Assembly (NCBI GenBank): GCA_025558095.1
Contig: JAIVFI010000001.1
Location: forward strand, 620,001-684,000
Reading direction: 5' to 3'
Length of the DNA: 64,000 bases
Source of the DNA: Hyaloraphidium curvatum SAG 235-1
Lineage: Eukaryota > Fungi > Monoblepharomycota
How positions within the stretch are numbered: position 1 is the stretch's first letter; each line of letters begins with the position of its first letter. Both the position numbers and the translations under genes were made by a program. Below the pieces are notes generated by a model, which worked only from the letters and a program-made list of their open reading frames with translations, did no database searches and was not told the DNA's origin. Below are positions 45,691 to 58,077 of this stretch, piece by piece.

Positions 45691-45777
45691 ATCCCAGCTC
45701 GACAATGGGCGGGCGGAGCTCGATCCGGCGCGTCCACAGAGGGTTCCAATTCCGGACCTCCCTCCTCCTCCGCCCAA

Positions 45778-46146
45778 TCATCCAATTTCCTGGTTCAACG
45801 GCCCGAAAAAACGGTACCGCGCCTCCTCGGGGGACCTTCCCGGGAGGTCGCCAACGATGCGAGTCCAGGACGAGACGGTCGAGTACCACAGCCCATCCCG
45901 CCGGAGGGAATCCGACGTCGGCGCTGGGATGCCGAACTTCTTCAGTGCCTGCTTCAGCAGCTGGTCCTCGTCCGCGGTCCAGGGCCGCGTTTCGTAGACG
46001 AGCGCCTTAGGCTTGCCGTCCTCGGGGTCCGCCGCCGGACGGTCGGCGGCCGCCGCGTGCTCCTCCGGTTTCTCTGCGACGGCGGAGTCGCGGGCCTGCT
46101 CGCGCAGCTTCCGTGCCGCTACTGCCGACACTGGCGCGGCCGACAT
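45778..46146 (-). CDS. Small Myb/SANT-domain protein
   Basis: PWTADEDQLLKQALKKFG...SWTRIVGDLPGRSPEEARYRF. Confidence 0.7.
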   Translation of the reverse strand: MSAAPVSAVAARKLREQARDSAVAEKPEEHAAAADRPAADPEDGKPKALVYETRPWTADEDQLLKQALKKFGIPAPTSDSLRRDGLWYSTVSSWTRIVGDLPGRSPEEARYRFFGPLNQEIG

Positions 46147-46257
46147 CTCCGCCGAAGTTTTCTCCTCGCGGCGCGGGCGCACCGATCACGATCGTCAACG
46201 CGTCGAGCTCCTGCAGAGGGGGTCCGAGCCTCCTTCGGCCCTTCGGCGCGTCTGAAA

Positions 46258-48013
46258 ATGGCGACGACGCCTCCAAAATCACCCGGCCCGGGGGCGGCCC
46301 GGCCGAAACCGTACCCGGCGCTGGACTACTTCGCCGTGTACGCGCCGGCGCTCGGGCAGACGGAGGAGACCGAGGCCGAGCAGCTGCTCTATTTCCACCC
46401 CGAGGACGCGTACTCGGAGGACGATAGGATAAAGAAGATCGGGCTGGCGCAGGGCTTGGTCAATTTCACGCGGTGGGCTGCGCGGACGGCGCGTTGATGC
46501 GGTGGAGGAGCTCAACAGCGTTTCGGCCGCAGGACGTTTTCGCCGGCAAAGCCGTGCCAGAATGCGCACTCGCAAAAGGCACGGCTGACGATTTTGGAGG
46601 TCGAGCCCGGGTTCTGGATGCTGCTGGTGTGTGGGGGTTGCTAGGGCCAGTTGGACAACGTCTCTGAACAGGGCGGTTCGTATCCACACACAGAGGATCA
46701 AGCTCGGCGTCGCATCGATCCAGGGTAAGGACGGCAAGGACGTCATGGAGTACCTCGACTCGCGCCTGAGCGACTCGACCTGCGAGGAGATGCTGCGCGA
46801 GGCCTACCGCCTCTTCCGGCTCCTCAACTCCACCCTCACCCAGCTCGCCTCGGCCTCCGTGCGGGATCTGCGATCCCGGCTCGGCGCCTTCTTCAATTCC
46901 TACGTGCGCCGTTGGCAATCCCCCGGCGGCATCCCGGAGCTCGCATTACCACGAAGCTGGGGCGGAACGGAGGTGCTCACGCTGGACAAGGACAGCTACT
47001 CTGAGGTGCTTTCTTTCGTCTACGGCGTGGAGGACTGGCTTTCGGCCGCCCCGGGCGGCGAACAGCCCACGGCTACCGTTCTCTTGTGGCGGAGCCACGT
47101 GGTCTGGAACGGCCTCCGCAGCCTGGACGACCTCGCGGCCGTGTACGACATCCTCACCGACCCCGCGGTCGCCTCGGCGGCGCCGCACGGGATCAAATCG
47201 CGGGAGAACCGGACCTGCGCCATCCCCGGGCGCGCCCTGGGCTTCGCACCGGATGGTTCCGCCGTCTACGCGGGCCAGCAGCCCGAGGAGGAACCGCGGG
47301 GCGTGTCGCTGTTTTCCCGACGCGGTGCTGGCCCGAAGCTTCCCTTTTCGGGCTTCCTCACTGGCCCGGCCAATCTTTCGGACCCGCACGCGGAGATCTC
47401 GCTCCAGGACGTGCACATTTCCTCCTCTCCGGACGGCGGGACCGAACCGCACCGCTTTGTTGCCTACCAGCACATGGACGATTTCACGCTGCTCCTCTTC
47501 CTCCCCCTTCCGGCAGCGCGGGCGTCGGAGCTCGAGTTCTACCACTCTTTGGAAGCCCACATTCGGCCGCGGTTGGACGCTCTGCTGCCGGCGGTCCGCG
47601 AGGAGTGGAAAGTGCGCAAGCGAGGCAGGTTGGTTGTCGCGACTGCCTTCCGCGCTAAAAGCTCTGATTTCGTGGGCCTTAGCGACTTTGTGGAGGAAAA
47701 CTACCGCTTCCTCTACCTCAACGGCGCGACGTACGCCGTCCGCTCGTCCCTCGGCGCCGGCAAATCCACTCGGGTGGGCGAGGACATGCTCCGCGCGCTG
47801 CAGGACCTGCGCCCGACGGTGCGAGCGGGTAGCGACGCGGTGGTCCGCTTCGCGCCGGCAAAAGGCGCCGAGTTCTGGGTCGTCGCGCGGTGCAGGGACG
47901 GCAAGGAGCTGTACGTGCTGCTGCCGGGGACAAAGGGGAGCACGCTTGCGGACGTGGACGGGGAGATCGCCCAGCTGGCCGCGAGCTTCTTTGGCGACAT
48001 TCTTGGGGCGTGA
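46258..48013 (+). CDS. CCZ1: Vacuolar fusion protein Ccz1 (Mon1-Ccz1 GEF subunit)
   Basis: YFAVYAPALGQTEETEAEQLLYF...IGLAQGLVNFTR, YRLFRLLN, YRFLYLN and FWVVAR...KELYVLL. Several introns. Confidence 0.88.
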
Positions 48014-48038
48014 CGACCCCGTTCTTGACGACAGAGGT

Positions 48039-50105
48039 CTATTCGCGACGAAAGAATGACGTCAGCTTCTTCTCCCCCGACCCGCCCCGCGCGCTGGGAG
48101 GCTGCTTCCGCTTCGTCCCCGCCGCCGTGCCGCCCAGCACGACGCGGTTCTCCCGACTCAGGTCCAGGGCAAAGTGGTAGTCTTCGTGCTCGGCGCGCTC
48201 CGGCGCGGGGAAGCTCCGCGAGCACCGATAGCAGACGAAGATTTCGGCGGTCGGCACGTCCGCAGGCGCGTCGACGAGTTCGATCGGTGCCGCCGCCTGG
48301 GCAGCCGGCGGAGCGGAGTGCGCAGGAGGCTGGGTATCGGGAGGCTGCTTGGAGCCAAAGAAAGATTTGACCGAGGCGTTCTGCTTGGGTATCGTCCGCT
48401 GCGGCGGCGCCGAGGTCCACGACGTCCGCTGCGGCTCCGCTGGCTCCTTTCTCTGTCGATCGGCGGCATCGCCGTCCTCGCCGTCGGCGAACCCGTCCGC
48501 GTCGTCATCCCGCCCCTCAACCGGCTCCTCCTTTTTCCCGAGGAATTTCTCGATCGCCCCGCTCCCCTTGTCGCCAAACAGCGACCCGGCCTGAAGCGAG
48601 CAGTGGAAGAGGGGGAGGGCGCGGCCGTCGCCTTCCTGCCGGAACATGTCGAAGGCGCGCTGCGAGATGACGTCGCCGTTGCACATGTGCCGGGGAGGAA
48701 AGGCACAGGTTCGGGATTTATCGAGGGCGTTGGATTTGAGGTGGAGCTTGAAGAAGTAGAAGAAGTTAACGCGGGCACACGAGACTTCTCGAAGCCACGT
48801 ACGACGAGAGTCTTGCTCCAACGACCGTTGACGTCGTAGTCCTCCGTGATCCGGTCGTGGATCTCCCACGCCAAAACGTCCAGCCAGTGCTTGACCTCGT
48901 CCATAGTCCGCAGCGGCGGCCGGAAGCTCTTTGCGCTCATCATGGTCCCCGCCTTTGTCCTCCTCACCACCTCGTCCGAGTTGATCCCCCGCACGGCGTC
49001 AAACAGCCAGCTCCCGCTCTGGGCGCCGAACTTCTGCTGCAGCTGGTCCCGCGAGTACTGCCAGAGGTCCGACACGGTGCTAGCGCCGTACTCGGCCTCG
49101 ACCTGCTCGCCAAACTTGCCGCCCAGGTTGCGGATCTTGGTGAAGGGCAGGTCGCGCATGAAGTCGAGCACGTGCGCGTGGCGCAGGGCGGTCTGCTTGT
49201 CGGGCTTGTTGAGCGCCGACACGAGCTTGGCCAGCATCTTGTTGGAGCCGATCCCGGCCGAGCAGGTGTAGCCGAGTTCGGAACGGATGGCGGCGCGGAT
49301 CTCGCGGACGAGCTTGGCGCCCTCGTGGAGCTGCAGGTCGTGCCACCCGCGCGTCTTGCGCGGCACATCCTGTGAGCCGGGCTCCCCGGTGCGCTCCTTG
49401 GCGTCCGGCAGCCCGACGACGAAAGTCTCCGGCCCCCAGGCGACCTCAGGCCCGTCCTCGCTCTGCTCCATCGCTTCCCACTCGGCCAGTGCCCTCTCCG
49501 ACCCGCCCGGCTCGTCGAGCATCGCCACGAACCGCGCCGCGATCCGCCGGTTCACAATCTCCCCCGCCTCGACGTATGCCTCGTCGATGCTCGCGCGCTC
49601 CACGGTCCCATGGCTCGGGGGCACGTGCCGCTCGATGATGGCAAAGATGCGGGACGAGGCCTCGCGGTACGGTTTCAGGGAGACCTTGTGGGTCGCGTAC
49701 TTTGGATCCGGATGGTAAGCAGGCGCGTGGGAGCCCTGCGCGTACGTTGCGACGTGCACGAGGGTCAATTCGGGGCACAGTTTCAGAGCATCCTCGACGG
49801 TGGAGTGCCGTTTGATGCCCTTGGCTCGGGCGGGGTAGTTGACCGCAATGAGGCCGTTCCATTGCTGAACGCAGAGCGGCTGGTCCTCGGGGCTTCCTGT
49901 CCTAACCATCTCGACCTGGCCTGTACGGGGGACAGGTCAGCGGCTGGAGGTGCCAAGGGAGGGCCGTCAACCCACAGTAGAAGGCGTCCAGGTCGATATG
50001 GACCACGAGACGCGACCCAAAAGCCTTGAGGTGGTTCAAGATCCTCTTCTGCAGGGCGAGAGCCTCCAGGGACTGCGGTTGCGGAGCCTTGCTTGAGGTT
50101 GCCAT
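48039..50105 (-). CDS. RAD30: DNA polymerase eta (Y family)
   Basis: HIDLDAFYC, VQQWNGLIAVNYPAR, ERASIDEAY and CSAGIGSNKMLAKL. C-terminal UBZ (CYRC...EHEDYHFA) and PIP-like KKLTSFF. Confidence 0.95.
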
Positions 50106-50277
50106 TGCTCGCTCCCCGGCCCCCTCCGAGGGCAACCGTGACCAGCAGCGCAATATGTAGCACTATGGCATCGTGAAACGCGGCTTTAGAGGCCGAGATC
50201 AGCGCTTCCTGGCCCCGGCCGCCCCGCGACGGTTGAGGTGCGCAATTCCCTTGTCGGGAGCTGAGCCGCACCGCATC

Positions 50278-51297
50278 ATGTCCGGCTCGCAGTACGGCCC
50301 TGTGCCGTTCGATCTCTCATTCCTCGACGCGGTGTACGCGCGGCCCGCGCTCGCCCGGCTGTACCGGGCGCTGAAGGCGGCGGTGCGGCTCGTCACGGGA
50401 AAGTCGGAGCTCCAGCGGGCAGTCGACCGCGCAGCCGGCGGAAGCCGGGCTTCCAGCAAATCATTGTCGTCGATTGCCGCAGATGATGCCTACCGCATCG
50501 GCAGGGTCATCGCCCGGTCGACCCAGCTGGAGGCAGAGCGGGCCACGCTGGACTCGGCAAACCCGGACCTCAATGCTGCCGCAGTCGCCCTTATGCGGCG
50601 CAAGCGGTTTCCCGATGCGGAAAGGACAGACTCCGCCCGGGCAGGAGTGCTGATATCTGCTCTGCGGTCGCTACACGGTCTCCGTTCGCTCAAGGAGGAC
50701 CTGCTGGCGACCGCCGCGCGGCCGATATCGCTGTCGACGCCGGCCGATCTGGCCAAGCTTTCGGACCTTCATCGGGCTCTTTTGGATGCCAAGGCGCCCG
50801 AGGGAAAGTCCGAAGGCTGGAAGGAGCTCGGATTCCAGGGCACGGACCCGTCAACTGATGTTCGCGGTGCCGGCGCGCTCGCCATTGATGATCTCTGGTT
50901 CGTGGTCTCCCGCCCGATCTCCCTTGCAGGTCACCTCACCATCTTTACCCGCAGCCACTTTGCCCGCAACCATCCCGGCCTCTCTCGCTCCGCGCTGGAC
51001 GTCTCGCGGCACCCGACCGCGTGGTTCCCCTTCGCCGTCGCCGGCATCAACGTCACCTCGCACCTGCTCTCGCTCCTCCGCTCCGGCGCCCTGGACCTGC
51101 ACCTGATGCGCGCGGGGTCTTCCAGGGAGGCGTGGCACGAGCTCTATAGCTACCTGCTGCACAGCCTGGCCGAGGAATGGGCGTCCCGCCGCGCTTCGGG
51201 GCCGCTGAGCGTGCTGGATTTCAACGACGTCTTTGGCGGCGTCAAGCGCCGCTTCGAGGCCGAGCTGCGCGCTGGCAAAGCTTGCCGCGTCGGCTAG
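50278..51297 (+). CDS. ELMO-domain (ELMOD) protein
   Basis: TGKSELQR, WKELGFQGTDPSTDVRGAG and FPFAVAGINVT. One in-frame intron at about 50898-50954. Confidence 0.9.
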   Translation: MSGSQYGPVPFDLSFLDAVYARPALARLYRALKAAVRLVTGKSELQRAVDRAAGGSRASSKSLSSIAADDAYRIGRVIARSTQLEAERATLDSANPDLNAAAVALMRRKRFPDAERTDSARAGVLISALRSLHGLRSLKEDLLATAARPISLSTPADLAKLSDLHRALLDAKAPEGKSEGWKELGFQGTDPSTDVRGAGALAIDDLWFVVSRPISLAGHLTIFTRSHFARNHPGLSRSALDVSRHPTAWFPFAVAGINVTSHLLSLLRSGALDLHLMRAGSSREAWHELYSYLLHSLAEEWASRRASGPLSVLDFNDVFGGVKRRFEAELRAGKACRVG

Positions 51298-51369
51298 CAT
51301 TCGAGCTTCTATGCATCCCTCGTTCCCAATATCGCCAAGAGCCATACTTAACCAAGATTGAGCCTGCGT

Positions 51370-54218
51370 TCAGTCGTCGTCCGGGATCTCGATCACCTCG
51401 ACCTTGCCCCCTTCCCGCTTTCCGCCCACCAGCTCCCGCACCGGTGCCGCCTCTTTCGTCATCTCGTAGAGCCGCTCCTCGATTGTGTTGCGGCACACGA
51501 AGCGGGTGACCTTGACCCGCCTCCTCTCTGCCAGCGCCGGGTCAGCAAATCCCGCGGCACTAGTCAAACGGGCAACCCACGTCCGAGCCGCACCGTCCGC
51601 CCGATCGCCTGCGTCTCCACCGCAGCCGCGTGGGACGGGTTCACTCCCGCAACCGCCTCCACAATCACCACATGGTTCGCATTCTGGAGGTTCAGCCCGG
51701 CGGCGGTGGCCCCAGAGAGGGACATCATCAGCACGCGGCATGTGGGCGAGGTGCGGAAGCGGAGGAGGGCGGCGTCCTTCTTGTGCCGCGGGCCGCGGAG
51801 GGTGGCGGATTCGATGCCTTCGGCCTAAGATGGGGGGAAGTGGTCAGATCGCTTGAAACGCAACCCCCGCGCAAACTGGGCACCTTGAGGGAAGCCGCGA
51901 GTACGTGCAGCATCCGGTCGTACTGGCTGAACACGATGAATCTTGGATCGGGATCGTCCGGGTCGGCCATGTGCGCCTGGATCACCCTAATGAGCGCCGC
52001 GGGCTTGGTCCCGTGCTTGGCGACCAGCCTGGGCAGATGCCGCTCCGTCTCGCGGATCGTGAAGGTCGCGACCTGCCCCTTGCCGGTCTCCTTGCGGCAG
52101 GTGGGGCAGGTTCCTTTCAAAGTGATCCACTGGTCCAGGCAGCGCGGGCAACAAAAGTGCCCGCACGGTCCGACGGCGACCTCCCGCAGGTCTTCGGAGC
52201 AGATGAGGCAGATCTCCAGGTCGTCCTCCAGCCCAGGCAGTCCTCCAGCAGGCTTCGTCGAACCCTCGTCGGACTTGGCGAGGTCCGTCGGGCCGGAAGA
52301 CGACGCCGCCGGCCGGTTCTCCTTCTCGTCGTCCGCGGCGGGCCCGTCCGAGCTCGGAATCTCGATCACCTCGCTCGCCAGCGACGACTGCGTGGGCTGC
52401 ACAGTTGACGATGCCGGCGCCTGAGGCTCCGAAGGCGCTTCCACCGCAACCCCCTGCGACGACGGCGGGGACGAAGATGCCTCTGCGACCCCCTGCGACG
52501 ACGACGCCTCCCCGGTGCGCTGCGTGGCCTGCATGGCCTGCACCTTGCCCGCGATTCCGTCGAAGTAGTCCCTTTGCTTCGAGAGCTCCACCGCCTCCCT
52601 GCCGAGCCTGTCCACGTCCGCCTCGGAGTCGCGTACGAACTTCTCCGTCTGCCTCGTCACGTGGTCCAGGTCCTCCTGCGGGAGCCCGAGGGCCCACGAC
52701 TTGGCCCGCTCGAAGGAAGAGAAGATCTCCGAGACGAACCTGGCGCCCGTCTGGTCGCGCACCATGATCCGGAAGCCCTTTGCAAGGGCGAGCTGGTCGC
52801 CGGGGTCGAGGCCGGGGCCGAGGGCCCTCATCTTGTGGATGTACTGGAAGAGGGCGAGGGTGTTCTGGGCACAGGGAATCTCCTCCAGCAGGTTCTTCCT
52901 GGTCGTCTCGGCGCGCTGGATTTCCCTGCCGCGTTCGCGGACGACGTGGACCTGCGCACAAGTCAGGTGCCTGGTTCCCCAGCGAGGTGAAGACACCAAC
53001 CCTGAGCTGCTCCAGAGTAAGCCTGAACAGGCTCTCCTGCTTGCCACGCTGGTGCGAACCGTCCACGAGCGGCGCCAGCTCCACCTCCTCCCCTTCGAGC
53101 TCCGCCTCGGCCGCGAGCGAGCCCACCAGCGGCGCGGAGCAGAACATCCTCAGCTTGGTGAACCGCGAGTGCCACGGGTCCGCGCTTTCGTCGCCCGAGG
53201 GCGCCATGTACCCGCTCCGCCAGGCCTCGTCGCGGTACAGCGCGCGTTCGACGTCGCAGAGATCGATGTAAAAGACGTCCTCGGTGTACCCAGGTCCCAA
53301 AGTCGATGGGGCGGAGCGCTCGCCTTGACCCTCGGCGATGGGGAACGGTGAAGGCACTGCGGCGACAAGCTCGGCCGAGGCGGTCTCGGGAGTGTTGCGA
53401 ATGTAGATGAGCTCCTTCAACCGGGTGAAGACGTCCGACTGCGGGAGCTTCCGCTTGGTCGTGAACGCGAAAGGCGTTTGGGTCAGGTTGATTCTCAGGC
53501 GGATGCGAAGCAGCTGGTTGATGGCCAGGATCGACGAGTCGTGGTGGGGAAAGGGCGTGCCCGAAACAGCCCAGACATTGTCCGATTGCAGGCTTTGGAA
53601 GATTGCCATGGCCGCCCCGTCGAGGAATACGGCGTCGTGGCACTCGTCAAACACGCAGCGGCGGAAGACAAAGGACCGCCAGAAATAGATCTGCTTGCTA
53701 TCCGGAGCGACCAAGGCCTCGAGCGGCAGAATGACAAAGTCCACCTCGGTCACGACCTTTTGCGAGGTGGCGCCGTTTGCAACGACGGCAGCCAGGTCCG
53801 TGAACTTGTCGACCTCGGTCTTCCACGATCCGCACAAGTGAGAAGGGCAGACGACGAAGTTGGCCTTGACGTTGATCGCCCCGTCTCGGGGCTTCGACGT
53901 CGACACGCCGCCGCGCCGGACGCAGAGGGCAATGACCTCCGCGGTCTTGCCCATGCCGACGGTGTCGGCCACGACCCCTCCCATGGTGGTCAGGTCGCGG
54001 AAGGTCCCCAGACCGTCCAGCTTCGGGCTGTCCTCGAGGTCCATCATCCGCTTCAGGCTGCGCTTCTGGTGAGGATACAGATCCATCTTCAACCCAGGGC
54101 ATTGCTCCTGCGGCGCGTCCGGCGGTGTGGGGGGGATGTGGAAGAGGTAGGAGAGATCCTGCCGGCTCCGTTTCTCCACGTCCAGGTACTCGTCCAGGTC
54201 ATGGCGGCGTTTGGACAT
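51370..54218 (-). CDS. SNF2-family ATPase with C3HC4 RING (RAD5/RAD16/SHPRH-like)
   Basis: LYPHQKRSL, GGVVADTVGMGKT, VFDECH, AVSGTP, RING CLIC...CGHFCCPRC...CPTCR, IVFSQY and NTIEERL. Confidence 0.88.
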
Positions 54219-54672
54219 GGGGACAACGGTTCAACCGTTTCTCACCCCGCAGCGGGTGCAATCCCGCGCCGCACTGCTCGGCACTTTCCGAGCTCAATAG
54301 ATGGAATGTTCCCAGCAGTTTCTGCCCTTTGCGGAGACCAGGACAGCATTGGTTGCGCCGTGATTCGGCGCGTTCGAAGCAGGTGTCTGGGAAGAAAGTT
54401 ACCGTTTTTCGTGGTTGGCCCACGGTCCTACGAGAATCGGCTAACCTCGGGTGATCGGAAGCCGCGCCCAAATCTCCAAACGCGCCATTGCAACGCCGTT
54501 CATGCGCTTCGGTGGACTTCCCCGAGCGTCTATCCGAGCATTTGCAAACGCCGGATACAAAAGCAGCCAGCGCCTGGGTGCAACCCCACTCTTCGCGACC
54601 CTCTGCCTCTTGCCGACGCTCGCATCTTTCGCAACCACCTCCACCGCCATCGAAAGCCAACCCGGAACCAAA

Positions 54673-55921
54673 ATGTCGAAGCTCTTCATCGGCAAGGAGC
54701 GGCCCCTCGGCTTCCAGTGGCAGACCGAGAACCCGTTCATCTTCACGGTGCACCACGCCGACATCTACCCCCCCGACACCACGGGCCTGCAAGCCCCCGA
54801 CCCGGCGCTCCTCAAGGGACGGAACATGGGCAACGACTTCGAGATTAAGGATGGCTGGAGAATGTATCATGGCGATGTCGTCCCTGGCTTCCCGCAGCAC
54901 CCTCACCGAGGTGGGCACCTTCGTCGCTACGGGTCGGAAACCAGCGTTAACACCTTCGCTCCTTCCAGGATTCGAAACGATCACGATAGTCCGCGAGGGC
55001 TTCATCGACCACTCCGATTCCCTCGGCGGCGCGGCCCGTTTTGGCGGCGGAAGTGACACACAGTGGATGACAGCAGGCCGGGGAATCGTCCACTGCGAAA
55101 TGTTCCCCCTGATCTCGAAAACGGACAACAATCCTACGAACTTCTTTCAGATTTGGATACGTTTGCCGAAGGTGGATCGCATGGTGGACCCCTCCTACGC
55201 CATGCTGTGGGCGGAGAAGATCCCCAAGAAGGTTTTGAAGGACGAGAACGGGAACGAGACCGAGGTCATCGTCATCGCCAACGGCATGAACCCCAAGATG
55301 CCCTGGGGCGAGGAGGTGCCCACCTTCCCGCACCCGCCGCCCAACTCGTGGGCTTCCCGGCCCGACGCGCACGTGTGGATCTGGACCATCAAGCTCAAGC
55401 CGAACGCCAAGTTCACGCTGCCCGCCGCCGCGCCGGGGCTCAACCGCAACCTCTACTTCCACATGGGCAAGACGCTCAAGGTCTCCTCCGGCCCCGACCC
55501 TGTGACGGCCGTCGACAGCAGGGAGTTCCGCAAGGGGGTGGCGATCAAGGTTCGGTCGGACGCCGACGCTTACATCGAGAACGGGCCCGAGGAGAGCGAG
55601 ATCCTGCTGCTCCAGGGCAAGCCGATCGAAGAGCCGATCGTGCAGCACGGACCATTCGTCGGGAACACCCAGGTACGAGGAATCGATTCGCACCCCCTTC
55701 TCAATGACTGATTCGCTCTCCCCCAGAACGACATCGTCGCAGCCTTCCAGGACTACCAGCGCACCATGTTCGGCGGCTGGCCCTACATCAGCGACGAGCC
55801 CGTGCATGACCGCGACATCGGCCGGTTCGCGCGGCACCCGGACGGCAAGCTCGAGCGCCCGGGCGCGGACGGGCCCGTGGCCAAGATTGAGGGCATCGCG
55901 CCGAGGCGCGACGAGCTGTGA
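54673..55921 (+). CDS. Pirin family (bicupin) protein
   Basis: GFPQHPHRGFETIT, HSDSLG, QWMTAGRGIVHCEM, FQIW and PIEEPIVQHGPFV. Introns at about 54911-54969 and 55673-55726. Confidence 0.93.
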
Positions 55922-56026
55922 CTTGGTTACGCGAAGGATGGTTCTGAGGACTCTAGATTGAAGCTTTGATGTTGTTCATCAATTGAATTCTTGATTCATC
56001 GGAACTCCCCCTCCGCAATCGTCCGA

Positions 56027-57864
56027 CTACATCTTGAGCGGCTTCAACCCCAGCGCCGCCCGCATCTTGTTCGTCTCCTCGATCGACAGGCTCCCGTCCC
56101 CTCCCCCGCCCTTGCTCTCCGCCGGCCTCTCCCTGGGCTCGGCCTTCTCCATCACCGCCGCGTTCTTCTTGAACAGCCTGTCCACCTTGGACTTGGAGAA
56201 CTTCTTGGCCTTGCGCTCCACGTCGGGGAGCTCCGGCACCGCGCCCTCGTCCTCGGGCTTGGGCGACGGCGCGCGCTTTGGGGAGGGCGAACGGCGTCGG
56301 GCCTCTCGCTCCCTCTCCCTCCGATCCCGGTCGTCGCGCTCCCCCCTGTAGCTCCTCTCGCGATCATCCCAGCCCCTGTCCCTCCCGTCCCTATCCTTCC
56401 TGTCCCTGTCGTCCCTGTCCCACCTGTCCCGATCGTACCGATCCCCGCCCCTCCTGCGGTCGTCGTAGTACCCCCTCCCTCCCCGCCCATCCCTGCTCCG
56501 GCTGCGGGAGCGGCTGTACCGCCGGCTCCTGTCGCGCCGGTCCCGCGAATCGCGCCGCCGGGACCTCGACCTCGAGCGGGACGGGCTGCGCGAGTAGTCC
56601 CGGCCGCGGGAGACGAGGCGGCGGGGTCCCGAGCGGGAGCGCGACCTCGAGCGGGAGCGCGAACGCGAACGCGAGGGGGAGCGCCGCCGCGGGGAGGGCG
56701 GGCGGCGGGCGTCGCGCAAAGGCCGTTCGTCGCGCGGAGGCCGGTCCTCCCGAGAAGGCCCGTTGTCCCGAGAAGGCTTGACATCCCGTTCCGGCGCGCG
56801 ACCGTCCCTCCCGCGGTCCTCGCCGTGCAGTCCATTGCCCGGCTTCTCCTCCCTGGCCTTTTCGGGCGACCGCGAAGGCCTCCGCGGGGGAGGCGACGCG
56901 CGCTTCGGCGGCGGCGAGGGCGATTTCCCCTCCACCGGCACCGCCGGCCTGTCGACGTCCATCGAAACCGCAGCCCCGTTGGCCGGCGGCGGGGTCCGCG
57001 ATCTGGATCGCGAAACCGAGCGGGAACGGCTCCTGCTCCGAGACCTCGACCGGCTCCTGCTGCGGCTCCGGCTCCTGCTGCGGGACTTGGACCGGCTCCT
57101 GCTGCCGCTCCCACTCTCCGAATCGCTCCCCAGCTCGTCCTCGAGCGCGCTGTGCCGCGGGTCCAGCCTGCCTTCGTACTCGAGCTCCGACCGCTTCCGC
57201 AGGCGGGGGAGCTGCACGTCCAGGGCGCGTTCCTCGCGGAGCAGCTCGTCGATGAAGGCGTCGAGGGGGGTGATTTCGAAGCCTCCGGCTGCCGGGTGCG
57301 GAGGATTAGGAGGATGGCGAGGGCGGTCCGGCGACGTGCCCACCCGAAGTCCTCCTCCGCAGCTTCCTGTAGTCCACAAAGAGCGCCTCCAGCTCCTTGT
57401 AAATGTCCTCGCTCCTGCCCACCAGCCGCAGGTAGTACGCCCCCAGCGCGCGGAGGTACTTGAAGTCCTTCTGCCGGATGTACTCGACCACGATCTCCTC
57501 GTCCGGCTGCAGCTGCAGCATCTTGAGCACCAGGCAGATGAAGTCCGTCGGGCGCTGGTTGCCGCCGAACACGCCGCCGATGGCGTTGAGCTGCACGGCC
57601 TTGTCGATGATGGTCTCGGCTGGGACGCTGCGTTGGCGGTTGCGGCGACGCGTTCGGGGGCAGCTTACCGGTGAGGGCGAAGCAGTGCTCCTTCCAGTAC
57701 GGCGAGTCGTAAATGCGCGAGCGGATTATCTTTTCGATGAGGTACTGGGGGTTCGTGCCGTGGACTGGGAGGGGAGGAAGGGGAACGAGGAATGAGGTCC
57801 TCGAAAGGTGCTGGGGAGGGTCGGACGCACCCTGCTTGGCGTCGTCGACTGTTCGGTTCGCCAT
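56027..57864 (-). CDS. PRP38: Pre-mRNA splicing factor Prp38 with RS domain and C-terminal HIND motif
   Basis: MANRT...VHGTNPQYLIEKIIRSRIYDSPYWKEHCFALT, FICLVLKMLQLQP and FKYLRALGAYYLRL. RS tract followed by SLSIEETNKMRAALGLKPLK. Confidence 0.95.
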
Positions 57865-58077
57865 GGCTGCTACCGAGGTGGGCGGAACGGTGCCCACGAC
57901 GGGCCTGCAGGCGTGCAGCGGCCCTCGAGCTGCGCAGCCGTGAAATGGTTTCGCGACATCTAAGACCCAGCCAAAGCCAGGAAAAATCCGGCCTAAGGCC
58001 GGCGCTTGAACAACAACCACTGTCGGAACCGGAAGTCGGGAGCCTCGGGATCCGCGCCATCGCCATCTGCGCCCGCC

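Noticed and set aside
45778-45780. In-frame TGA as selenocysteine or readthrough (some early-diverging fungi use Sec)
   Set aside because: The codon is not at a redox Cys position, the downstream frame is low-complexity and no SECIS was recognised.
56270-57110. Short tandem DNA repeats here and at 39330-39610
   Set aside because: They simply encode the RS/RD dipeptide domains of the proteins.
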